From contig CBDFKD010000002.1 in assembly GCA_965248695.1 (NCBI GenBank), positions 3,712,001 through 3,776,000 on the forward strand: a DNA stretch of 64,000 nucleotides, in the 5' to 3' direction. This stretch comes from Acidobacteriota bacterium (GTDB taxonomy: Bacteria > Acidobacteriota > UBA890 > WLXD01). Positions within the stretch are counted from its first letter, which is position 1; every line of letters begins with the position of its first letter. Below the pieces are notes generated by a model. It made no database searches and had not been told where the DNA came from. It worked only from the letters and a program-made list of their open reading frames with translations. A program made the translations under genes and the position numbers. Of the stretch, positions 9,692 through 19,626 are shown piece after piece.

Positions 9692-10545
9692 GCTCGCTGC
9701 GAGTCGCGCGGATTCCCTATCTGAACTCGGTTCCGTTCTATCAGCACCTTGATGACGGAACCTTCGATCTGATCGATCTGCCGCCGCGCCAACTCGGCCA
9801 GCTGGCGCAGGAAGGTCGGGTCGATGCCGGAATCATGTCGTTGTGCGACGCGTTCAGGAATCCCGAGTTCGTAACGCTCGGTAGCCTCGGCGTGGCGTGC
9901 GATGGGCCGGCGCACTCGGTGTTGCTATTCTCCCGCGTCTCACCCGATCAGCTCGACGGAGCGAGCATCGCGATCACCCGTCAGACCAGCACGTCCTACC
10001 CACTGTTGCGACTGCTGCTGGAGCAGCGGTACGGCGCCCACGTAGCGCGCTACGTACGTCGTGACCGGGCCAGCGACGAGGATGATGCAGTCCTGCTGAT
10101 CGGTGATAGCGCCCTCGTGGAGGCGGCCTCGTTCGGGCTGGTGCCCGGGGGCCAGGACTACAGCGATGCCCTGATCCCGCTGGCCGGGGACCGTTGGACT
10201 CAGGTGCTCGATCTCGGCGCCGCGTGGAAGCAGTGGCAGGGGCACCCGTTCGTCTTTGCTCGCTGGGTTGTGCGTCGCGAGGCGACCTCTGCCGCGACCA
10301 CGGAGCTGCTCGAGCGGCTGGGGTCGTCGCTCGACCAGAGTTTGCGCGATCTACGTCCGCTGGCCGCGACCTGCGGTCACCAGGCGGGTCTCGACGCGGA
10401 GGCGGCCTTCGCTTACTTGATGGGTTTCACGTATCGGCTCGGCGCACAGGAAACAGCTGCCGTCGAGCGATTCGGCACGCTGCTGTCCCAATCCGCCTGG
10501 CGGGAGGAGCGTCAGCCTCCGCAGAGCGCGGAGACGACGGCTTGA
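9688..10545 (+). CDS. mqnA: Chorismate dehydratase
   Basis: RIPYLNSVPF, SVLLFS, TSTS, LLIGD.AL, DLG..W....G.PFVFA.W. Confidence 0.88.
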   Translation: MSSLRVARIPYLNSVPFYQHLDDGTFDLIDLPPRQLGQLAQEGRVDAGIMSLCDAFRNPEFVTLGSLGVACDGPAHSVLLFSRVSPDQLDGASIAITRQTSTSYPLLRLLLEQRYGAHVARYVRRDRASDEDDAVLLIGDSALVEAASFGLVPGGQDYSDALIPLAGDRWTQVLDLGAAWKQWQGHPFVFARWVVRREATSAATTELLERLGSSLDQSLRDLRPLAATCGHQAGLDAEAAFAYLMGFTYRLGAQETAAVERFGTLLSQSAWREERQPPQSAETTA

Positions 10546-11768
10546 CGACTCCTGGGCTGGTCACCAAGGCGAACGAGGTGATGCGCGCGGCCCGTCACGA
10601 ACTGGCCACAGAAAGCGCCGGCATCGGGGCGGCCCCCGGCTGCGTCCTCGGCGATCTCCTCGCCGGAGGAGTGGGCTCTGTGAGCATCGAGCAGATCCGC
10701 GAGAAGGTCGACCACGGTGCCCGCATAACGCCGCAGGAGGGCCTCTGGTTGCTGACCCAGGGGCCGCTGGCGGAGCTCGGCGAGCTCGCCAACATCTGGC
10801 GTTTCCGGTACAACCCGGAGCGCCGCGTGACGTTCGTTATCGACAGCAACCCGAACTACACGAACTTCTGCGATGCCGACTGCCTGTTCTGCGCCTTCTA
10901 CCGGCGGCCGGGCGACGCGAAGGAAGGGTACGCACAGACGATCGACGAGCTCATGGAGACGATCGGTCGGTCAGTCGATCTCGGGGCCACCACCGTTCTG
11001 CTTCAGGGTGGGCTGTACGACGATCTACCGTTCTCGTACTACATCGACGTGGTGACGGCCTTCCGCGAGCGCTTCCCTGACGTTCACCCGCACCTGTTCT
11101 CGGCCCCCGAGATCGGCAAGATGCGCGAGGTCTCCGGGCTGAGTTACGACGAGATATTTCGTGCCCTGGCCGATGCCGGCCTGACGACCATGCCTGGTGG
11201 TGGCGCAGAGCTCCTCTCGGATCGGGTGCGGGCCCGTATCTCGCCGAAGAAACAAAGTAGCCTCGAGTGGATCGACATCCATCGGGCTGCGCACCGACAA
11301 GGGCTGCGTACCACGGCCACCTTGATGTACGGCCATGCCGAGCAGCCCGAAGACGTAATCGAGCATCTGGAGTGTCTTCGCCGGCTACAGGATGAAGCGG
11401 AAGGTGAGGGGTTCACGGCGTTCATTCCGTGGTCGTACAAGGCCATCAACACGCCGATGCAGCGGCAGTTCCCGGACAGTGTCGGTCCGGCCGTCTACCT
11501 CCGCATTCTGGCGTTGGCCCGCATCTACCTCGATAACATCCGCCACATCCAGGCATCGTGGTTCTCGGAGGGCAAGAAGGCGGGACAGGTGGCGCTGCAG
11601 TTTGGCACCGACGACTTCGGGGGCACGCTGATCGAGGAGAACGTGCTGCATGAGGCAGCGCACGACGTGAGAACCACCACGGAAGAGACGATCGAGCTCA
11701 TCCGTGAGGCGGGATTCACGCCAGCGCGCCGGGAAACCCCGCTCTACGATGTGGTCGAGACTTACTGA
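10542..11768 (+). CDS. mqnC: Cyclic dehypoxanthine futalosine synthase (radical SAM); start uncertain (TTG 10542 or later)
   Basis: NPNYTNFCDADCLFCAFYR, LLQGG, MPGGGAELL, FTAFIPW, IQASW, DDFGGTLIEENV. Confidence 0.9.
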   Translation: MTTPGLVTKANEVMRAARHELATESAGIGAAPGCVLGDLLAGGVGSVSIEQIREKVDHGARITPQEGLWLLTQGPLAELGELANIWRFRYNPERRVTFVIDSNPNYTNFCDADCLFCAFYRRPGDAKEGYAQTIDELMETIGRSVDLGATTVLLQGGLYDDLPFSYYIDVVTAFRERFPDVHPHLFSAPEIGKMREVSGLSYDEIFRALADAGLTTMPGGGAELLSDRVRARISPKKQSSLEWIDIHRAAHRQGLRTTATLMYGHAEQPEDVIEHLECLRRLQDEAEGEGFTAFIPWSYKAINTPMQRQFPDSVGPAVYLRILALARIYLDNIRHIQASWFSEGKKAGQVALQFGTDDFGGTLIEENVLHEAAHDVRTTTEETIELIREAGFTPARRETPLYDVVETY

Positions 11769-11772
11769 CCGG

Positions 11773-12453
11773 ATGCGGTCCAGTCAGATTGCGGCGACGC
11801 CCTGGGCTCGGGGGGCGCGGTGTGCCGGTGTTGTACTGCTCGTTGTCCTGCCCACTTCGTGCGGTGGCCGGGACGCATGGCTCGACGACCCACTGCCCGT
11901 CCGGCATCCGGTTGCCGTGCCGTCACCGCTGCCCCTCGATGCGCCCCGTGTCCGCCTCGCGACCTCGGTTGGTGACATCGTGGTTGCTCTGTATGACGAT
12001 CGAGCGCCGATCAGCGTGGCGAACTTCCTGCGCTATGTCGACGAGGGCTTCTACGAAGGCACGATCTTTCATCGCGTCGAGCCGCCGACTGCGCTTCCGG
12101 TTGTCCAGGCAGGCGGCTACGACCAGGATCTCGATCCTCGGTCGACGCACGAGCCGGTCGCCAGTGAGTCGGACAACGGTCTTTCGAACCTGCGCGGAAC
12201 GATGGCGCTCGCCCGGCGGGGGAGCGACTTGAACAGCGCCACGTCACAGTTCTTCTTCAACTATCTCGACAACCCGAGCCTCGATCACGCCGGCCCGGAC
12301 CGTCCGGGCTATGCGGTGTTCGGCGTCGTCGTCGAGGGGATCGATGTGGTCGATCGGATCACGATGGTGCCGACAGCTGCCGAGCCAGGCACGACCCTGG
12401 GCTACGTGCCGATGGTGCCGGTTGTGATCGAGCGAGCCTGGCGCGAGCCCTGA
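11773..12453 (+). CDS. Cyclophilin-type peptidyl-prolyl isomerase, probable lipoprotein
   Basis: APISVANFLRYVDEGFYEGTIFHRV, NLRGTMALAR, SATSQFF.N, GYAVFG; N-terminal hydrophobic stretch then Cys. Confidence 0.88.
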   Translation: MRSSQIAATPWARGARCAGVVLLVVLPTSCGGRDAWLDDPLPVRHPVAVPSPLPLDAPRVRLATSVGDIVVALYDDRAPISVANFLRYVDEGFYEGTIFHRVEPPTALPVVQAGGYDQDLDPRSTHEPVASESDNGLSNLRGTMALARRGSDLNSATSQFFFNYLDNPSLDHAGPDRPGYAVFGVVVEGIDVVDRITMVPTAAEPGTTLGYVPMVPVVIERAWREP

Positions 12454-12490
12454 CCGGCCGCGCCGCCACACTGACTGGCGCTGCAGTGCG

Positions 12491-14506
12491 CTATTGACCG
12501 CGGCGGGGCCCTTCGACCGCGAGTCGCGCGCGCAGCCAGGCGTAGGTCTGTCCGGTTCGCAAGCGCAAGGCGGCCTCCTCGCTTGCGGCTGCCATCGGCG
12601 CGCCTGCGCGTAGAGAAGCCTCGGCCGCGCGCATGTAGGCGCGCCGTCGATCGGAGTCCTCGGTGAGCAGCGCCCCATAGGCAAATCCGTCCGCCATCAG
12701 GGAGGCGGTCGGGCAGGCGAGCGCTTGGTCGAGGAGCTGATGCAGTGCTTGCTCCGCCTGTCGATCGGGTCGCTGCGCCAGGCGTCTGGCCCAGGTGTAG
12801 CGGCCGAGGCCCTCGAGCACCAACCCGGCAGTCATGGGATCAGAGGCGCATGCGGTCGTATGGAGTGCGACAGCGGCGGCACGCAGCCCGATCTGTGCCG
12901 CTTGCAGGTGGGCAGTCGAGCCGCTGACTTCCCAGGTGTCGATCTGTGCAAGCGCCAGCCACGGGCTTGCAACGCGTCCGGTACTGCCCCGGATGAGAGT
13001 GGTGCCGGCGGCCGCAAGTGCCTCCTCGATGCGCGGATCTCCGGTCAGCCAGAAATACAGCAACGCGCCGCGGGTCCGCTCGCCGAACCCCGTGTCGCTG
13101 GCTACTCCGACGCGCCTGGCGGCGGCGCGTAGCCAGGCGGCTTCAGCGCCCTGGTCACCTAGCCAGCTGGCCAGCAATCCGAAGGCTGGATCCCAGTCGT
13201 CGCTGGCGTCCATCGCGGTGCCCGCTGCGTCTGTGTCGGTGACGCCGATCCCAATCGGTCCCAGCGCTAGCGAGTCCCGAAGCCAGGACGCTTCGGCGGC
13301 CGCCACAAGTGGGCTCTGGAAGTCGAGGAACTCCCGCGTCTCGCCGGCAACGCCGGCGCGAAACTGCAGGAAGAGCTCGGCCGTGGTGCAGCGGCCACCT
13401 GTCGGTGCAACGTCGACTTCAATGGCGCCGGAGCCCGCGAGGCTGATCGAACGGACCGGCCCATCGGAGGTCGGCGACGCAGCGGCCGCTACGCTCCAGC
13501 CCAGAGAGCCGAACTCGGCCCAGGCGACGCTCTCATCGGTCCAGAATGTTTGCCCGTCGAGCTGGGCGCTCCAGCTCATTTCGTCGCCCTGCCGAACGAT
13601 GCGCGCGGTGCTGCGCGCGTCGAGGGGAAACGACTCTGCCGGAAGCCACGCGTTCTCGGCGTTCCCGGGCGCCATTCCCACCGTCGCGCGTAGCGGATCA
13701 CCTAGTGTTTCTATCGGGACGTGGATCCGAGCGATGTCCGTTGCCGCACCGCCGCAGGTGCGGATCACCACCCGTATCCACGGCTGATCTCGGTAGGCGT
13801 GCAACCAAACAACGGCGCTTGCCGACGAGCTTTGAGCCGGCGCGGCCTCGATGCGGACAACTGCCGCAGCCGGTCCGGAGGACACCAGGCGCGCCTGCAA
13901 CGGTGCGGCGGCCATGCCCTCGGCGCCAGGCCATCGGATCTCCGCGCCGCGATCGCCAACCAATCGTATGTCGACCCGCCGGTCGCCGTTCATGTCGATG
14001 TGCAGGTTCTCGAGCAAGTTGCTGCCTTCGGTGGCGACGTGGAATCCGATCGCCCCGGTATCGACCTGGATGCCGCCCGGCTCTGCCCAGGCGATGTCCG
14101 CCGAGGCGCTTGCGACGGTGCCGGGGACGAGCTCGAATGCCGCCGTGCCGCCGGGCTGAAGATCGGCCGAGAACCCGAGCGCTAGCCACTTGATGGGCGC
14201 TGTGAGGTCGTGCGCGGGACGGTTCCAGCGCGCCAGCACACGAGCGTTGAACGGAACCGACCTGCCGTTCGAATCGCGAAGCTCGAACGCCTCCACGTCG
14301 ATGACCCCGGCATTGGGCGGCAGCGGAACGCCGGCCAGCACCGGCGCCCGGATTCGCTGCACGCCAGCAGACTCTGTCACCAGCAGGCGAATGCCAGGCG
14401 GTTGCGCATCGGCCGGCGTCTGAGCGCCAGCGCCTCCGGCGCATGCCACAGCCAGCAGTGCCGTAAGCAGAGCAGACCGTCTATTTCGTAGGACTGTAGA
14501 CGTCAT
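12491..14506 (-). CDS. Secreted hypothetical protein with YetA/PL26-like N-terminal domain
   Basis: Signal peptide (RNRRSALLTALLAVACAGGAGAQ); PVLAGVPLP...LRD..G..VP...VLARW...IKWL pattern; long ORF with GC-type codon use. Confidence 0.6.
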   Translation of the reverse strand: MTSTVLRNRRSALLTALLAVACAGGAGAQTPADAQPPGIRLLVTESAGVQRIRAPVLAGVPLPPNAGVIDVEAFELRDSNGRSVPFNARVLARWNRPAHDLTAPIKWLALGFSADLQPGGTAAFELVPGTVASASADIAWAEPGGIQVDTGAIGFHVATEGSNLLENLHIDMNGDRRVDIRLVGDRGAEIRWPGAEGMAAAPLQARLVSSGPAAAVVRIEAAPAQSSSASAVVWLHAYRDQPWIRVVIRTCGGAATDIARIHVPIETLGDPLRATVGMAPGNAENAWLPAESFPLDARSTARIVRQGDEMSWSAQLDGQTFWTDESVAWAEFGSLGWSVAAAASPTSDGPVRSISLAGSGAIEVDVAPTGGRCTTAELFLQFRAGVAGETREFLDFQSPLVAAAEASWLRDSLALGPIGIGVTDTDAAGTAMDASDDWDPAFGLLASWLGDQGAEAAWLRAAARRVGVASDTGFGERTRGALLYFWLTGDPRIEEALAAAGTTLIRGSTGRVASPWLALAQIDTWEVSGSTAHLQAAQIGLRAAAVALHTTACASDPMTAGLVLEGLGRYTWARRLAQRPDRQAEQALHQLLDQALACPTASLMADGFAYGALLTEDSDRRRAYMRAAEASLRAGAPMAAASEEAALRLRTGQTYAWLRARLAVEGPRRGQ

Positions 14507-14525
14507 AGTGATTGTTTCGCATGGA

Positions 14526-14566
14526 ATACTGTTCACAAGTGACTCATGAATAGTATCAATAGTCAC
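14526..14566. promoter_or_regulatory. AT-rich patch with inverted repeats upstream of the secreted protein gene
   Basis: ATACTGTTCA-N11-TGAATAGTAT (9/10 inverted repeat) overlapping GTGACT-N16-AGTCAC. Confidence 0.4.
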
Positions 14567-14632
14567 ACAGCTGCGTGAAGACTATTGTTCCCTACCGCGG
14601 ACCTGCAGGCCTAAGCACCTGCGCACAGGCCA

Positions 14633-15472
14633 TTAGTAGAGGTCGACGGTCGGCGCCGCTGCCAGCAGGTTCGCCGCGCAGGCGTGAGCGAACAGACGTT
14701 TGATGGCGCGGTGTCCGGCCTCACCCATGTCGAGAGTGGCCGCGTTCACGTAGCGGTGGACGTATTCCTCCAGGTCGTCGCGAGCCAGCCCGCGGGCGTA
14801 GCCGGCGGCGAAATCGAGCGCCTCGTCCGGATTCTGGAAGGCGGCGTGGACGCTATGGGCGAAGCCGTCCGCGACTGCCGCCTGAACGTCCGGGGCCAGA
14901 TCGCGGCGGATGGCAACCACGCCCAGCGGCAGCGGCAGCTGCTCGCGCTCGGCCCATTCGAGCGCCGGTTCGAAGAGCGCGTGCAATCCCAGACGCTCGT
15001 AAATGAGCTGTCCTTCGTGAATGATCAGCCCACCGTCCACTTCGCCACCGACGACGGCGTCGAGAATGGTGTCGAATGGCATCTCGAGTTCCTCGTAGGT
15101 AGTGCCGGCGTATATCCGCAGGAGCATTCGGGCCGTCGTCAGAGCTCCTGGGATTCCGATCTTGAGTCCGGCGAGGGGTCCGTCCGTCGACTCCACCGGA
15201 GGCCGCGTCCCGACCACGAGCGGCCCGTAGGCATCGCCGAAGCTGGCTCCGCATCGCAGGATCCGGTACCGGTCGGCGACCGTGGGATACGCGCCGACCG
15301 AGATCGCGCTTAGATCGAGGCGGCCCTCGGCCGTATGCTGATTCAGCGACTCGATATCGGCGAACTCGATCTCCGATTCCAAGCCGCGCCGTTGCAACTC
15401 TTTGCTTAGGCCCCACGCCATGAAGGCGTCGTCAGGGTCGGCGCTCTGACCGATTCGGAGAATCTGTGACAT
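14633..15472 (-). CDS. mqnD: 1,4-dihydroxy-6-naphthoate synthase
   Basis: MSQILRIGQSADPDDAFM, DIESLN, GASFGDAYGP, PGALTTA, IIHEGQL, LPLPLG. Confidence 0.88.
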   Translation of the reverse strand: MSQILRIGQSADPDDAFMAWGLSKELQRRGLESEIEFADIESLNQHTAEGRLDLSAISVGAYPTVADRYRILRCGASFGDAYGPLVVGTRPPVESTDGPLAGLKIGIPGALTTARMLLRIYAGTTYEELEMPFDTILDAVVGGEVDGGLIIHEGQLIYERLGLHALFEPALEWAEREQLPLPLGVVAIRRDLAPDVQAAVADGFAHSVHAAFQNPDEALDFAAGYARGLARDDLEEYVHRYVNAATLDMGEAGHRAIKRLFAHACAANLLAAAPTVDLY

Positions 15473-15713
15473 CGTGTCCGGGTTCCTGTATCCGAGCGCG
15501 CCGTCCGGTCCAGAAAGCTGGCTACCTTGTGGCCGGCACTCTGGTGCACAAAGCTGGCGACCCCGTGGCGGGCACTGTAGTTTAGCTGCTCTCGCGCACC
15601 ACACATGAACCGCCCCAGCGCCTCTTGCCTTCCGACCACCGCACCTCGAACCTCTCGCCAGCCACCCCTGAGCGTCGATGAGCTCGATAAAAGCGCCCCA
15701 GCCGACACCACCC

Positions 15714-16874
15714 ATGATCGACGACACCTAGCTGCTCGCCTGGCGCGAGGAGTTCCCGATCCTGGACACGTCGACCTATCTGATATCGAATTCGCTTGGC
15801 GCCATGCCGCGCGGGGTACACGCGGCTCTGGCCGGGTACGCAGATACGTGGGAAACGCGAGGTGTCGGCGCCTGGGAAGAGGAGTGGTGGTTGCTGCCGG
15901 AGAAGGTCGGCGACGCCATCGGCGGGGTCATCGGGGCTGCGCCCGGCACGGTATCGACGCATCAAAACGTGACGCTGGCGTCGGCGGTGCTGGCGTCGTC
16001 CTTCGACTTCACCGCCGAGCGCAACTGCATCGTTTGCTCGGAGCTCAACTTCCCGTCGATCGTTCACCTGTACCGCGGCTACGAGCGTTACGGCGCCCAG
16101 CTGCATCTCGTCGGCTCGCCAGATGGCTTCGAAGTCCCAACCGAGGCGATGATCGCAGCGATCGACGAGCGCACCGCGCTGGTGCCGATCTCGCATGTGA
16201 TCTTCCGTGGCAGCTACATGCAGGACGTCGAGGCGATCGTTGCACGGGCTCGCGAGGTTGGCGCAAGCGTCGCCCTCGATGTCTACCAGTCAGCCGGTGC
16301 GATGCCGATCGATGTGGTTGGCTTCGATGTCGACTTCGCCGTCGGCGGGGTGTTGAAATGGTTCTGCGGAGGTCCGGGGGTTGCCTATCTGTACTGCCGC
16401 CCGGACCGCATCGCGGAGCTCGAGCCCGCGCTTACCGGATGGTTCGCGCGCCGTGAGCCGTTCGCTTTCGACCCCCTCGACACGACGTACCGAGACGATG
16501 CCTGGCGGTTCCTGAATGGAACGACACATATCCCATCGCTGTCGGCCGCGGTGCCCGGACTCGAGATTCTCGGCCGCCTCGATCTGGATGACGTCCGACG
16601 CAAGTCGCTCCGGCAGACACAGGCGATCATCGACACGGCGAGTGAGCGCGGCTGGCGGGTGAATTCACCGTCATCGCCCGAGCGCCGCGGTGGGCACGTC
16701 ACCGTCGACGTGCCGGGAGCCGATCGAGTGGCGCAACAGATGATGCAACGGCGCATCATGGTCGACTATCGACCGGCGGCAGGGATTCGCCTGGCGCCGC
16801 ACTTCTACACTACGGACGACGAGATCCAGCTGGCGCTCGCTACCATCGACGAGCTAGTGGCCTGTAACAGATGA
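15714..16874 (+). CDS. kynU: Kynureninase-like class V PLP enzyme; in-frame TAG at 15729-15731 before the conserved N-terminus
   Basis: MIDDT*LLAWREEFPILDTSTYLISNSLGAMP, NFPS, DVYQSAG, GGVLKWFCGGPG, GWF, RGGHV, IRLAPHFY. Confidence 0.75.
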
Positions 16875-17143
16875 ACGTTGCATATCGTGGTGACGAAATT
16901 GGCCTGGATGCCAGGCGCACCGACGAGACGATGTTTGCCCATCTTGGAGGAGGGGCAACGGGGCAGACGGGCCGATTGCGCCACTGTTCTCTTGATGGGC
17001 CTGCGGACAGATGGGCGGTTGCGGGCGATATCGGCGTTGCGCCTCGTCGACGATGCCCATTGCATCGCCTTCCTCACCGCGCCTTGATCTCACCCGCAAA
17101 TCCCATCTGCGATAGGCAACGTTCATCTGTTACAGGCCACTAG
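16854..17143. mobile_element. Full-length MITE (family A, subtype 1), 290 bp including flanking CTAGs
   Basis: CTAG on both sides; perfect 24-bp TIR TGGCCTGTAACAGATGAACGTTGC; no credible ORF; homologous to 31553 and 49974. Confidence 0.9.
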
Positions 17144-17147
17144 TGGC

Positions 17148-18128
17148 TCAGTAGCCGCGCTGACGATCGACCAGGTTGCCCAGCCGCCCGCCGTCCACGA
17201 AGCAGCGATAGTTCTCGGCGAACTCATCGGCGATGGAACCGATCTCACTCGGACCCGCGATGTGCGGAGTCACCCAAGCCCGCGGCTCGGTCCATAACGG
17301 GCTCTCGGCAGGCAAGGGCTCCTGCTCGAAAACGTCCAGGACGGCAGCCGAAATGACGCCGTCTCGCAGGGCGTTCAGCAGGGCTTCTTCGTCGATGAGC
17401 GCGCCACGTGCAACGTTGATCACCACCGCGTCAGGTGGCATCTGCGCCAGCGCGCCGGCGTCGATCATGCCCCGCGTCTCGGCCGTCAACGGCAGCGTCA
17501 ACACGAGGGCGTCGCACGTGGGCAGCATTTGTCGCCAGTTTCTCGCGTCGTACACGTGAGTTACGTGTGGCACCGGTCGCGCCTTGCGACACAGACCGGA
17601 GATCTCCGCGCCGAACGCCGCCAGACGCTCGGCGACGACCTGTCCGATCGAACCGAGCCCGAGGACGCCGACGTGAGCGTCCTGAAGCAGCGGTCGCGGT
17701 TGTTCCCCCCAGACGCCGCGATCCTGATCGCGGCGGTAGTCCTCGATGGAAATGAGCTGATGCAACAGGTAGCCGATTACGTACTCGGCCATTTGTGCCC
17801 CGAAGCGGCAGAGCGAACGCGTTATCTGTACCGTCGGCAACAGGTCCTCGCGCTCGACTATGTGATCGACGCCCGCGCCCATGACCTGGATCCACTCCAG
17901 CGCCGGAAGCTGAGCGAGGGCTCCTGGCGGCAGGTTCCAGCTCAGGAGCGCTCGCGCGTCCGACGACTTGCCGCGCGCCGAGCCGGAGCGAGCCTCTACG
18001 GGCACACCCGGCAGTCGACGCATGAGCGCTTTGCGATACTCGTCGGCCTTCGAATGCCACACCATGATCGGGACGATCTGCTCGCTGTCTGGCTGCAGTC
18101 TGGCGACATTTTCTTCGGCTGGCGTCAA
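17148..18128 (-). CDS. D-2-hydroxyacid dehydrogenase (GhrA-like)
   Basis: GAGVDH, MAEY, GLGSIG, LPLTAETRG, INVARG, LDVFEQEPLP, TPHIAG. Confidence 0.9.
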   Translation of the reverse strand: MTPAEENVARLQPDSEQIVPIMVWHSKADEYRKALMRRLPGVPVEARSGSARGKSSDARALLSWNLPPGALAQLPALEWIQVMGAGVDHIVEREDLLPTVQITRSLCRFGAQMAEYVIGYLLHQLISIEDYRRDQDRGVWGEQPRPLLQDAHVGVLGLGSIGQVVAERLAAFGAEISGLCRKARPVPHVTHVYDARNWRQMLPTCDALVLTLPLTAETRGMIDAGALAQMPPDAVVINVARGALIDEEALLNALRDGVISAAVLDVFEQEPLPAESPLWTEPRAWVTPHIAGPSEIGSIADEFAENYRCFVDGGRLGNLVDRQRGY

Positions 18129-18221
18129 ATGTTTGCTCCTTGATCGGGCCGATGATAGCTTAGCTATCCTTGCCGCCAGAGTCTTCTCGATTCATACCCA
18201 CCCGCGTCGGAGGATCTACGT

Positions 18222-18560
18222 ATGAAGTTCAATGAGCGTCGCGTCGACGAGGTGGTCATCATCGACCTGAGCGGCAAGCTCACCCTCGGCTCAGGCGATG
18301 TACAGCTGCGCCAGATCATCCGTGATCTTCTGGAGCGTGGCGAGAAGAGGATCGTGCTCAACCTCGACAAGGTCGGGTACATGGACAGCGCGGGCGTCGG
18401 TGAGCTGGTGGCGAGCTTCACGACCGCTCAGAGCCAGGATGCCGGGTTGAAGCTGCTCAACCTCACTGCGAAGATCCGCGATTTGTTGCAGTTCACGCAG
18501 CTGATATCGGTATTCGAAAGCCATACCGACGAGGCAGAGGCGGTAGCGAGCTTCGAATAG
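18222..18560 (+). CDS. STAS-domain anti-sigma factor antagonist
   Basis: IIDLSGKLTLG, VLNLDKVGYMDSAGVGELV with phosphorylatable Ser; GGAGG RBS. Confidence 0.92.
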   Translation: MKFNERRVDEVVIIDLSGKLTLGSGDVQLRQIIRDLLERGEKRIVLNLDKVGYMDSAGVGELVASFTTAQSQDAGLKLLNLTAKIRDLLQFTQLISVFESHTDEAEAVASFE

Positions 18561-18665
18561 GCGGAGACGCCGATCCGCGTGGCCCGGCCTGCGTTTTGGC
18601 TCCCTCGCCGTCTCGGGGGCGCGGGTTCGATTGTCAGGCGGCGGCGCATCTAACGGGGGCAGGCG

Positions 18666-19568
18666 ATGCACGAGTTCCGGCTGACGCCGCCGGCACCGTT
18701 CGGATTCGAGACCACCGCTGCGTTCATGTCGCCCGGCGCGGACGAGCTCGTCGACGTCTTCGACGGTAAGCGTTTCACCCGGCTGGTCGACGTCAGCGGC
18801 CGGATGCGTCTCGTGCTGGTCAGCAGTCTGGGTACCGAGCAGCGTCCGGAGCTCATCGTTACGCTGATGAACGGTACCGAGCGCGACGAGCCCGGGGTGG
18901 TATCGCTGCTGTCGCGGATGATGGGGATGGGTTTCGATCTGGGTCCGTTCTACGCTCGCTGCCGCCAGGACCAGGGCCTGTACGGGTTGTCATCCGACTT
19001 CTATGGGCTGCGCCCGACCCAGAGGATGCACCCGTTTGAGTCCATCACGCTGGCCGTTGCCAGTCGGCCCGGGATGCACTTCTTCCGCGCCAGTGTGTCG
19101 ACGGTGGCCGAGGCGGTGAGCTACCGGGTGGCGTATGCCGGCGACACCTTCTACGCGTTTCCGACGCCTCGTGTGGTTGCCAAGGCCGTACCCGAGGCCA
19201 TGGTGCAGCAGAACTTCAGTATCCAGCAGGCCCGCCAGCTCCACTCCATCGCGCAGGCGGCGATGAGCGGACAGCTGGACATCATCGGCTTGGCGCGCGC
19301 CCCCTTGGAGACACTCGTCGACCGTCTCTCGATGCACGACGGCGTCGGCCTGCTGGGGGCGCAACTCACTGCCATCATCGGCTACGGGCGACTCGATTGC
19401 TTTCCCTCTGCCGACCCGTTGCTGCTCGAATGGCTGGGGCGCAACTACGGATCCGGCACTCCGTTCGAGTCGTTCGAAGCCGATCAATGGGCCGAGCCTT
19501 GGGGCAATTACCGCGGCCTCGTAGCCTTCCATATCTACGCGGAGTTGATGGCGAAGGAGCGTCTTTAG
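18666..19568 (+). CDS. alkA: AlkA-family DNA-3-methyladenine glycosylase (HhH-GPD)
   Basis: AlkA-like N-terminus, PFES, YAFPTP, HhH-like GVG, FP..D, W.PW..YRG. Confidence 0.75.
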   Translation: MHEFRLTPPAPFGFETTAAFMSPGADELVDVFDGKRFTRLVDVSGRMRLVLVSSLGTEQRPELIVTLMNGTERDEPGVVSLLSRMMGMGFDLGPFYARCRQDQGLYGLSSDFYGLRPTQRMHPFESITLAVASRPGMHFFRASVSTVAEAVSYRVAYAGDTFYAFPTPRVVAKAVPEAMVQQNFSIQQARQLHSIAQAAMSGQLDIIGLARAPLETLVDRLSMHDGVGLLGAQLTAIIGYGRLDCFPSADPLLLEWLGRNYGSGTPFESFEADQWAEPWGNYRGLVAFHIYAELMAKERL

Positions 19569-19626
19569 GCGCCCTGTGGCGTGAGCAGTTGTCGCCCGTC
19601 TGGCATCCGGCTACACTGCCATCAAC

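Noticed and set aside
16854-17143. Short ORFs on both strands in MITE copies (ending SSVTGH, or LVACNR)
   Set aside because: They result from the TIR sequence; frames are not conserved between subtypes and have no protein motif.
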